Below, piece after piece: positions 41,629-52,453 of a DNA stretch of 64,000 nt. The position numbers and the translations under genes were made by a program. Below the pieces are notes generated by a model. That model saw nothing but the letters and a program-made list of their open reading frames with translations. It was not told the DNA's origin and did no database searches. Where the stretch lies: positions 55,182,001 through 55,246,000 of the forward strand of contig NC_058368.1 in the NCBI RefSeq assembly GCF_018350175.1. The letters run 5' to 3'. Position 1 is the first letter of the stretch. Every line of letters begins with the position of its first letter. The stretch comes from Felis catus (Eukaryota).

Positions 41629-41981
41629 TAGTACATATTAACAATAATGATTGAGTTGTTCTGAATGTGAACAATGAGAGTGAAACATATCATCTCTAGT
41701 TTCTTCTTAATGCCAATATTGTACAGTTTTGTTTTGTTTTTTTTTAGTTTTGGAAAGTAATTTATTTATTAATAATTATAATTATTTAAGCACATAAAAG
41801 ACATTCCAGAATAAGTGACTCACATTTCAATTCACTTTATAACCTCAATGACAAAATAGAGCAAACATGTTGTTACCTTAGGATTAGCTCATGTCCATTT
41901 GTCTAGTACAGTGATACCATAACAAATCTCAGTGTTAATAAAAATCATCTGGTAAAGAGCTTTTAAAAAATGGAATATGAA

Positions 41982-42210
41982 GGGGTGCCTGGGTGGCTCA
42001 GTGGTTAAGCATCTGACTTTGGCTCAGGTCACGATCTCATGTCTTATGGCTCATGGGCCTGAACCCCAGGTTGGGCTCTGTGCTGATGGCTCAGAGCCTG
42101 GAGCCTGTTTTGGATTCTGTGTCTCCTTCCCTTTCTGCCCCTCCCCACTCATACTGTATGTCTCTGTCTCTCAAAATTGAATAAACGTTCAAAAAATGTT
42201 TCTTTAAAAA
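41982..42210 (+). mobile_element. CAN-SINE
   Basis: TSD AAAAAATGGAATAT. Confidence 0.94.
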
Positions 42211-42633
42211 AATGGAATATAAAAACATATTAATAGAAGAAGTCATTTCTATAGTTGAGCATTCCCCAAACTGAAGATTATAGAAGATTGTTTTAAAAAG
42301 AAGAGGGAAGGGGATGAGGGAAGGAAAATATGAACATGAAAAAAAAAGATAAGTATTTAAGGCAGTACTCTTATCATGTTCTAATAAGTTCAACAATTAG
42401 ATTCTAATAAGATTCTTGCAAGACTTGCCAGAGTCTACAGTGTGCAATATGCTTTGGAATATTAAAAGAAAGGATAGATTATACAATTATTTGCTAATGA
42501 TTTTTTCCATAAAACTTATTATTTGGAGAAGTAGACCTTGAAACACAACTGTAAATGATGCTTAAGTTTCAAAAAGAATGATACACTCTGTCCTCTATAC
42601 TTATTCATAATGGAAAAAATTAAAATAAATGCA

Positions 42634-42958
42634 AAAAATAAAATATAAAAATAATTAAAATAAAAATAATTAAAATAATTATTAAATATAATTATTATAT
42701 ATAATTATTATTATTAATTATTATAATAATAATTATATTATATAATTATATTAATTAGATTAATATAATTAATTATATAATTAATATTATATTATAATAT
42801 AATTATAATATTAATTATAATAATTAATAGTTGATATAATTAATTATATAATTAATATAATATAATTATATAATAATTATATTATTATAATATATTATTA
42901 TTATAATTATTATAATTATTAAATAATTAATTATAAAAATAATTAAAAATAAAATTAA
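42634..42958. repeat. Nearly pure A/T low-complexity tract
   Basis: About 320 bp of TAAT/ATTAT permutations with only a few G. Confidence 0.9.
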
Positions 42959-44994
42959 GGGCCAGATATTGGTAAAAGAAATATTGCTCAAAATGTATCC
43001 TAAAAATTATGTTGAATATGTTGACCCTGCAAATTCTTATTAACATGATGTTAAAAGTATTTATAAAATTATGTGAGAAAACACTGAATTGTTTAAATAT
43101 GTGGCTTAAAAATCATTTCAAATAAACATTTTTAGTGATAAAATGGATTTAAAACCAGGGAGAATTCATTAAATGAAAATACAGTTAAAAACAACATTTT
43201 CTTGTCCTTAATAATATGAGATTAAACACAGTGATGGTAGCATCACAAGGTCAAATGATCACAGAAGTTGATAGTGTATAGTCCTTCAATTCCTCAAAGC
43301 AATTATATGAAAAAGACAATCTGATTAAACTCTGGTGGCCTGAAAGCCCTCTCTTATCTCTTCATCAAAATAGGTAAACTCACATACCCCTGCACACACA
43401 CACCCACACAAACACATAATTTTCCTTACACAATATGTGCTGTTGCCCATAACTGAAAAACTTCAAGAGTTATTCACAAAGTCCATGAATCCCCCTGGGC
43501 TAGTTGATGCCTCTCCTCACTACTGAATTAATGTGACGACTTACAGTTTATTTGAAGGTCAGCTGTACTTGTGTTTGAATTCCTTGAAATTTCTCTGACC
43601 TTTATTCTATATCCCTCTTGGCTTTTCCTGAGTTGAGAGTAATAACTTTTCCCCCAAACACCTGAATAAGACATGGAGACACACTTAAAAATCAAATAAA
43701 ATATTTGCAATATGAAAAAAAAGTAGTTAAATTTCTGGTTAAATATAGTGGTGGGAATCTTGTCCCCTGAAAGCACCAGTTGGTTGATGGTAAAGAGTAA
43801 AGAAATTAAACTGGTCTAAGCTCATCAAGACAAAGAGAATAAGATAACAGATCCACATTTTCCCAAAGAATTCAATAAAATTTGAAGAAAAATATGGATG
43901 GAGGGGAGGGTCACTTGCTTACTAGAAGTAAACTATAAACTAAATGCTTACATTGGAATATAATGTTAGGGGGAAATGACTTCTCCCTTGAGTCTTTTAA
44001 AGTCTCAAGATTTAAAAGCACCAGTACCAAGAAAGGTGATAATTAGATTTAGAACAAAATTCGTGAAGATGGATTGAAAGTATGTATATGGAGTATTTGT
44101 ATCCTTGGATAATTTTCCTTCAACTTGCAGAGTCAGGGCACCACTCTTCTAAGAGACTAAAAGTCATTCTCAGAATAATGTTGCCTGAGAGGCTTCACAC
44201 CTGGGGACAATGATGCAAACAGAGATTGGCACTCTTGCAGAAGAAGCATGGAGAGGTAAGAGTAGGGTTATATGACTGTCTGAACCATGGGGCATCTGGG
44301 TTTGTTGTTGCTGCCAAAAGAACTTAGACAACAAGCACTATCGGTTCAGAAATGAGCAAAAACTAATAATGTCAATATAAACAGTGTTTATGAAACAATT
44401 CTTTGGTTAGGTGTATGGATTTCCAATTCAGAAAACTGAGACATATTACTGTAGACGACAATTGCAAAATAACAAAAGAAGTGCTAGGAAAGAAAGAAAC
44501 ATCCAAGATATTTGAGTCTGTCACAAACAAAAACAGAATGAAGAAGTGGCTGCATTTCTTATAGGAGGAGGAAAATTTAATATTATTTCAAAGAACCTAA
44601 AATTAATACTATACATCTATATTAGTTTCATGCTCCTCAAAATGTAACTATTAACATTTTAAAATAATCTCTTGGCCTTTCAATATTCACTCATATTTTA
44701 GATGCAATGTATTTTGTAATGATGATTGAGTCAATTCATTTCATTCAATGACAATGGAGGTTATAGAGATAATAGGGCTTTGATAAAGATTTTTTAGTTG
44801 GTGTTCTAACCAGAATAAAAAAGTCATAGGCTATCTCTAGACATTAATGAATAATCAATTATAATTCTTCAAAAGAATTCATCTGCTCCTTCACAGAGTA
44901 TCAAAACAATTTTTTTCCATATCGATTCACATTGTTTCAAGGCAGAGTAGTAGAACAATTCTTTGACTAGTGTGAAAAAAAGTATGTTTAGTAT

Positions 44995-45184
44995 TGTGGT
45001 AGGCTGAATAATGGCCCCTCCAAAAGATAGCCACATCCTAGTCCCTGGAACCTATAAATGTTACCTTATATGGCAAATGTGATGAATTCATATGCATTTG
45101 TGATTAAATTAAGGAACATAAAATGGAGACATTATCCCGCTTTATTATCATGGTGGACATTAAATGCAATTACATTGTCTTTAT
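44995..45184 (+). mobile_element. MaLR LTR 5' part (MLT1D-like)
   Basis: TGTGGTAGGCTGAATAATGGCCCC...TGTTACCTTATATGGCAAA. Confidence 0.8.
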
Positions 45185-45720
45185 GATACAAACAATCATT
45201 TCTTCTTATGCCATGTTGAATTGGCATTCTTCCGTCTAAGTTTGGGTCAGCTTTCCATGTTTTATCTTTTGTGCTTTCAATGTTGTAAAACACCTCCAAG
45301 AGTTCCATTAACATGAAATTTATTCTCTAGTATTACTTCCTCTGTGGTGTTCATCACAACCACTTTTCCTCATTTATGCAAAGTTTACCTTCACTAATTT
45401 CCTCTGGCTCCATATCTCAAGTCTCCCAAAACCCCACTTATTTTCCAATCACCCACAGATTTATTCCCAGGGGTATCATTTCTGTTTCTTTGATGCACCA
45501 TTATCATTCTCAGCCTATTCTCTCTTTTGATTATCCATTTTTTCAGAATATCACTTGGATTTATCCCTGGGTGACAAGGTGGCAATACAACTACATGCTT
45601 TGTTATTTTTATGTGAATTGAATAACAGATGTGCAGTGACCAATTTCTGGAAGACTCTTAAACAAGTCATGTGATTGGTCACTGATCATGATGTGCGTCT
45701 ATTATTTATGTAATGATTTG
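45185..45720 (-). mobile_element. TcMar-Tigger relic
   Basis: RC: GAGGAAATTAGTGAAGG...CATAAATGAGGAAAAGTGGTTGTGATG...ACATTGAAAGCACAAAAGATAAAA...GCTGACCCAAACTTAG. Confidence 0.65.
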
Positions 45721-46019
45721 TGGATGGAGGAGCTAGCAGCATGTTTTGCTTTATGTAATTACTCACAGTTGATATACCCAATTAATTTTAAATTACACCC
45801 ATTTTTAGGGAACTGGCATTATTTAAGTAAACTATAAAAATTAAAATTTGGGCATGTGAGAGACCAGCAGAGCAAAGGCCTATATGCTAAAATAGCAATA
45901 AGATCATTGAAACATCAAATAAATGTAAAGTATAGGAAAATTCAAGTATTAGCATGCAATCATTACTAAAGGTATTATGTAAAATATAGCATATTTTAGA
46001 TAATCAATACATTCTGATT

Positions 46020-46261
46020 TTATTTTTTTATTTTAATTTTTTAAATTTTTTGTTTATTTATTTATTTTGAGAGAGAGCTAGAGAGCATGTGTGTGCATGG
46101 GGGAGAGGCAGAGAGAGATGGGCAGGGAGAGAATCCCAAGTAGGCTCTACACTGTGAGTGCAGAGCCCTACGAAGGGCTTGATCTCATGAACCATGCTTG
46201 ATCAAGACCTGATCCAAAATCAAGAGTGGACTCTTAACCAACTGAGTCACATAGGAGACCC
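46020..46261 (-). mobile_element. CAN-SINE (older)
   Basis: Degenerate TSD ACATTC..ATTTTATT. Confidence 0.9.
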
Positions 46262-47903
46262 ACATTCATATTTTATTAAACAAACTGATAGAAAAACATG
46301 AAAATGTTAACCTTGGTGTGTACCCAGAAGACTGTTAAATTTGAAATCCTTAAGCTGGGAGTGTTAGAGTTCCCCTGCACCCTTCCTCTCTCTGGACTGA
46401 GCTGGTTGGCTCACTAGACACTCTGGCCTGTGCATTCTCACTTTGCCCAGAGTACCTTGTAAACTGACAGCAGAGCTACCCTTTCAGACCACCACTCTGC
46501 CTTTTGTTAGCCTCCATGTTTCATCTGAACTTGCCTGGCATTCCTAAACAATCTTCAGATCCTTGTCTAACCTCATCCATCCCTCCTTCTCCAGCTTTTA
46601 ACCCATCCATGACTCCCCATCACCTGGAGATTGAGAAGACCAAACTCTTGCTTCAACCATCAGTCAGCTGGCCCTGGTTCCCTCTTATCCTCTCCCTCTG
46701 TTTGTTCCAGCACCTTCAAGAGTATGGCTCATTTCCTGGACTTTCCCATCTCCATAGTTTTTGAAGTTTCCATTCTCTGGATCACTTTTTCTTTGTGGCC
46801 CTCCCCCTACAGCATCCCAGAGCAGAAGTTTACTTCCCTTATTCCATCCAGGCCTCCTTGATTTTGTGGAGGAGATTAGCACATATGCTGTGTTCTGCCT
46901 GATGTCCAGATACCTGGGAAGGTACTATGGTCCTCAGTTGACTTGGTTGGCTCATCCATCTCCCAGTCTGCTGGCTTCTCCCAATACTGGAAATTAATAC
47001 TGGCACCCAATATTCCTATTTTCCTCAAGGAGGGTAGGGCATGAGCAACCCACCTCTACTCCTAGCCAAGATGCTACTTCCTCCTACCCCTTCTTCCCCA
47101 ACAGCTACACCACCCCACCACCCCCACAGCCCTATGCCCAAATCTCCTGGAAGATCTCACAGAAGTGATTAGAGCAGCTGGTCCATGAGATCCCTCCTTC
47201 CAGAGAGTCTCTTGAGATACAGAAGTGGATAGGGCAGCTCATGTCAAGAAGCAGAGAACTACAAGTCTTATTTTTCTTCTTCCAATTAAGCACTGAAAAT
47301 TTTACCTACACACCTTGTAAATTCATATAATAACTAGCTGACATCTTCATCAGCTCCTCCATCAAAAACTTAGTTCCTACTCTCCTGGGATAAAGGACGT
47401 CAGGGAAACCACTTAGCACTTTGTTCACTCAAACACTCACAAGGAAGGCCAAGCAACGTGATTATCATATTATTTACGTATTTATACAAACAACAAAAGT
47501 ATAACCTAATTACCATAAGAGTCATATTTATTTCAGCAACTCGGTTGAGTATGATTCCCTTCCAAATAAAAGGTTCACTTTATGTATTTGAAGGAAAATT
47601 ATCTTGGGCTTCATATTTCAAAGAATAATTAAGTCTCAAATGTGTATCTTTAATAGTCTAAAGTTAAAGGTGATATGTATTTTCTATTTGGGCATTTATA
47701 GTTAAATGTATGAATTTGAAGGATTTTAAGCAAGATGTCAACATAAGAAACAACAAGCTTTAATTCCCACCCCTCTTTCCTCTTTACAATCTGACAGAAG
47801 TGTTCAAGGGAGAATAAGAATAAAAATAAAATATGGAAGAGGGGTCTTAATCAGTGTCAAAAACAAAAGAATTAGGGCTGTCCGTGGAGGCAGCCTCTCA
47901 GAT

Positions 47904-47913
47904 GGGGCTTTCC
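47904..47913 (+). promoter_or_regulatory. NF-kB consensus motif in the retrocopy leader
   Basis: GGGGCTTTCC fits GGGRNNYYCC; motif only, function unknown. Confidence 0.4.
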
Positions 47914-48325
47914 TATGTCAAGACCAGTAAGAAGAAAGCATCCCTGGTGTCCCAAACAGAGTGCAGGACTGGGACTAGCCAGCTGAGGCGAGGCAGCTAC
48001 ACAGGGACTGCCAGGGTCAGAACCACAATAAATCCACTAACAGAAGAAATATTCTGCTATCAGTCTGGCAACCTGCACTGGGTAACAAATGCCCTACAAC
48101 TGGAGGAAGATCTACTTGTGTTATCAGTGAAGCCCCACGAAGGCCCCATAATTACGAAAGACTACCTACAAAACAAGGAAAAGCACCATGAAGAAATTTG
48201 TTTTTTGACAAGATCAAAACACTGAAACTGTACCAATCCCAGAGATCACAGAGCCCTGCCCCACCTGTGCCTGGGAACTGGCTGCATTTGCCAAAGACCA
48301 TCACACCTCAGCCTTCAGATCTTTG

Positions 48326-48366
48326 AGTGGTCAGGAGTGGACTCAACCAACTGAGCCACACAGGCG
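48326..48366 (-). mobile_element. 41-bp 5' (tRNA-head) fragment of CAN-SINE inside the APOBEC3Z3 retrocopy
   Basis: Reverse complement CGCCTGTGTGGCTCAGTTGGTTGAGTCCACTCCTGA matches the SINE head; removing it restores IF-A-x-x-LY. Confidence 0.8.
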
Positions 48367-49087
48367 CCTTCTGCCTGTACTTCCACTTGCGCTGGAAGTA
48401 TCATCAGGGGCTGAGACATCTGCAAACATCTAGGATCCCAACTGCTGTCATGAGCTGCCTGGAGTTTGGGGACAACCAGCTGGAGGAAGTTTGTGGACAA
48501 CCAGGACAGGAATTTTCAGCCCTGGGATGATAACCTGGAGCAATATAATAACAGCATAAACTGACAACTTTGGAGGACTTCGGAAATATGAAACTTGGAT
48601 GACCATCACCCCCCACACACACCCTCCCACCCCCAGCTAGGAAGCGATTCAAGAGGACTGTTCCTGCAGCATCTCAATGTTTCATAAACTGACTCTTAGG
48701 AAGAAGTTGTAAACTCCATAGGCACACTTGGCCCTTGCCTGAATCCAGAAAACCTTTCTTTCCTTCTTCATTCTTTTGTTTTCTAAGTGTGCATATATTT
48801 TTATATTAGAAGAAACAAAAATAATTTTTAAGTCTGTAAAAAAGAATTAAGATAAAGCAAATTGTTCAAAATTCATATATGTAAATTTTTCAGATATATG
48901 ACCACTGATTGCAAATTGAGGGGAATGCCTAGGTATTAATTCCCACCCTACAGATGGCATGAACGTTGTGAGTTGTTGCATGAACTAGGAAAAGGAAATT
49001 GTGATGAATCTCAGAGCATCACATAAACTGTAGGGTGGGGAGAGTCAAAGCTGATAACTGGTCACAGGGCTGATGACAATTTCTGAC

Positions 49088-49283
49088 TTTTTATGTTTAT
49101 TTATTTTTGAGAGAGAGAGAGAACATGAGTGGGAAGGACCAGAGAGGGGGCAGGGACAGAAGATCTGAAGCAGGCTGTGTGCTGACAGCAGAGAGCCCGA
49201 TGCAGGGCTCAAACCCATGAACCATGAGATCATGACCAGAGCCAAAGTGGGATGCTTAACCATCTGAGGCACCCAGGTGCCCG
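49088..49283 (-). mobile_element. CAN-SINE
   Basis: TSD AATTTCTGA. Confidence 0.93.
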
Positions 49284-49818
49284 GAAAATTTCTGATTTTC
49301 AATAATGGTTTTTAACTTCAAAGACTGTGCCAGCAATGGTGGAAGGTCAAACACTGGTGACACATTCACCCCACAACTCTCTATGGAAGCACACCATCAC
49401 TTCAACATTGGGAAGATTCTGGAATCAGATAAAATTCCTTTATTCTGGGGAGGAAAAACTAGAGGGGAAGAAAAGACCAACAATTTGAAAAAGTGAATAT
49501 TATTCCACCTGAAGACCGTTTGCTCAAGACGTAACAATACTTAGATTTAAAAGCCCTAAAAATACTCGAGAGAATTTTTTCAGCAGTGAAATTTAAGTGT
49601 CTGCAAATGTGGTTATGAAAATTAGAATGAAGGAATCACTCACTAGCACAGCTGGAGAAAAAGCAACCACTGCTCTCCTTTTCAATGTTTAAAAACTATA
49701 TGCAACTTCCATGAAATATATTCTGGCAATGACATTTTTTGAGTTTAGTCCTAACAATTCAGAAGCTGATCATACTTCTCCTGGAGCTTCAGAGCAAAAG
49801 AGCAGGATATTTCTAAAA

Positions 49819-50070
49819 TTGTTTTTAAAATTTTTTTTTTTACATTTATTTATTTTTGAGAGACAGAAAGAGACAGAGCACAAGTGGGGGAGGGGCAGAG
49901 AGAGAAGGAGACAAAAATCTGAAGCAGGCTCCAAGCTCTGAGCTGTCAGCAGAGAGCCCGACGCGGGGTTCAAACCCACAACTGTGAGATCATGACCTGA
50001 CCCACAAACCGTGAGATCATGACCTGAGCTGAAGTCGGATACCCAACTGACTGAGGCACCGAGGCGCCCC
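49819..50070 (-). mobile_element. CAN-SINE with a 26-27-bp internal duplication
   Basis: TSD AGCAGGATATTTCT; CCCACAA..GTGAGATCATGACCTGA twice. Confidence 0.94.
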
Positions 50071-50549
50071 AAAAGCAGGATATTTCTGATGCTAGATGGT
50101 TCATAGGGGCCTAGTAGGGGTGCCTCCCTTATGTTCACAAGGTCTGCAATTTGTTCTAGGACACATTACACAAAAGTCTAGGGGAAATTGCTACAATTCT
50201 ACTTGCCACAACAGGATACTAGTGTCCATTATAGAGAGCTCAGACTCCTTCAGTAAAGAGGATGCTTTTGAGTTTTTGAGGTGGATGTCACTGTTGATTG
50301 TAACATGGTAAGATACAACACATTTCATGTCTAAGCCTTGGGGACAGAATCAGATTTTGGCTCTTGATTTTTTATATTTGTCAAAAAAAAACCCCACATG
50401 AATTTCCTTATTCTGTATATAAGTAAGCTTTTATATGTTACCGATATTTCCAATGCAAATATATGTTTGTAATTTTCACTGTTAATTAAATTGAAGTAGG
50501 TAAAATTACATGAATAAGAAGTCATTTATACTGGATTTTTAAACTTACT

Positions 50550-50732
50550 ATTATTTTTTATTTTAGAGACAGAGAGAGAGAGCACACAAGCAGGGAGAGG
50601 GGCAGAAGGAGAGAGAGAATTGTGAGCAGGCTCTAAACTCAGCATAAAACCCAACGCAGAGCTCAATGGGATCATGACCTGAGCTGAAATTAAGAGTCTG
50701 ATGCTCAACTGACTGAGCCACACAGGCATCCC
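50550..50732 (-). mobile_element. CAN-SINE (older)
   Basis: Consensus match. Confidence 0.9.
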
Positions 50733-51670
50733 TATTAGATTTTTCTTAACCCCAACTTCTCATTGAAGTATTCACCAAAAATCAACAATTGATAGAACAA
50801 TAGTGATAAAAACCATGTAGATATATTCTGTTTTTTTTCTGCCTAGGCCATTCTGCTTTTCAAAAACCATGCCATATGTGATGCTTCATGTCCTTTCTGC
50901 TTTAAGACTCATCACAAGCAACTGATCAGAGCTTTATATTCCCTTAAGACTATCTGCCTGGCTAGGAACAGATCATATATCCCTCCTGAACAGTTATTTC
51001 TGTTACCCACAATTTATTATTTAAAAAAAACAGGTATATGAATAGTATACCACTATTAGTTAATATAGTTAACTGAGAGAGACTAGAAATAAAATATTTC
51101 ATAATTATTTGCTGTACCACATATAAAGTGGGTATCAAACATTTTATAATAATAAATTAAAATCTTTTAACATAAAATATATTAAACTTCTTGCAAAATG
51201 TCAATAAGTGCTTTCAAAATAATATTTAAAAATAAATATTATTCACTATAATTAAAGAAAAATACAATTCTTGTTTTTATGCAAAACAAGAAAAAATGGT
51301 ATTTGGTTTCTTAGAAAATTTAATGATTTAAACCAAGCAAGAGTAAAATAACTGAGGAGATATAAATTGTTCTAATCAGAAGTAGTGGGCAGTAAGGTTG
51401 CCTATTCTTTCAAGTTTTTTATACATATAGTATTTTTCAATCATTATTATGATGGAATTTGTTTTGAGAACTGAAAAAAAACTAATTGTGAGTTTTATCT
51501 AGAAGAGTAAGTAATTTAAAATAAAGTTTAAATTTTTTGGAAACATAATGAAAGAGGACATTTTGGGTTTAAGTAATAAACTGTATTTAAGACTAATATT
51601 TAAAATACAAATTATGCATTTATGTATAAGTAAATTAAATCAAACAAGTGACTCTCAAATAAAAAGTATT

Positions 51671-51850
51671 GGGGTGTTTGGGCAGCTTAGTCAGTTGTGT
51701 CTGACTCTTGATTTCAACTCAGGTCATGATCTCGTGGTCGTGGGATTGAGCCCACATTTGGCTCAATGTTGAGCCTGGAGCCTGCTTGGGAGTCTCTCCT
51801 CCTCACTCTTTGCCCCTCTACCCCTCAAAATAAATAAACTTAAAAAAAAA
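51671..51850 (+). mobile_element. CAN-SINE (older)
   Basis: TSD AAAAAGTA. Confidence 0.88.
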
Positions 51851-52174
51851 GTAGTTACATGCATATGTATATATACATCTTATAATTTAATAATTATAAT
51901 AAAATCATTAAAGAGCTATTGAAAAAAACTTTTAAATAGAATATTATTAGTGAACTGAAATCAATAGTAAAGAAAGCTAACGGTGTTCAGAAGAGTACAT
52001 TTAGGCAGCAAATGAATACATTGAAACATTTGTAACTTAAAAAGTAGAAAGTACACATTAAACAGCATTTACACCAATTAAAATTATGAAGTTTCAAAAA
52101 AATGATTCAAAATGCTGTCAATGGTTTCAAAGTGTTTTAATAGTGAACATTAATACAGATTAATTGAAAAATTG

Positions 52175-52411
52175 AAACAGACAGGCTCATCAGATTCTGC
52201 CAAACCCAACCCTACTCCAGATTGGAACTATAAACTCTGGACAAAATACAAATAAATGATGTTCTGAAGGCACTAAAAAGTAAACAGAAATGGGCAGACT
52301 CTGGTGACAACATTTGATACAAATTTGTCAAGGTTTGGATATCTCTATTTTCTTAGATTTTACCCTGAAGTTAGGCCCAAGATACCAACATGAGGGATGG
52401 CTTAAACTTTG

Positions 52412-52453
<42 letters not shown>

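Larger units (their letters stand above)
47875..48839 (+). pseudogene. APOBEC3Z3: Processed pseudogene (retrocopy) of APOBEC3Z3 / APOBEC3H-like cytidine deaminase; CDS-derived part 48028-48602
   Basis: Frameshift-corrected translation: (I)NPLTEEIFCYQSGNLHWVT/PYNWRKIYLCYQ/KPHEGPIITKDYLQNKEKHHEEICF/DKIKTLKLYQSQR/PCPTCAWELAAFAKDH/HLSLQIF/AFCLYFHLRWKYHQGLRHLQTSRIPTAVMSCLEFGD/WRKFVDNQDRNFQPWDDNLEQYNNSIN*QLWR/DFGNMKLG*. This is colinear with A3Z3 from start to stop. H-x-E lies at 48187-48195 and PCxxC at 48254-48268. No introns. ATG mutated to ATA at 48028, several frameshifts, TGA at 48562. AAAAGAATTA direct repeat at 47865-47874 and 48840-48849. Confidence 0.93.

Noticed and set aside
47854..48225. 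123-aa ORF as a functional APOBEC3 protein
   Set aside because: It starts at GTG (first ATG at 47902), the YLCYQ segment is out of frame, HAE has become HEE, and it terminates before PCxxC, so it cannot form the zinc site
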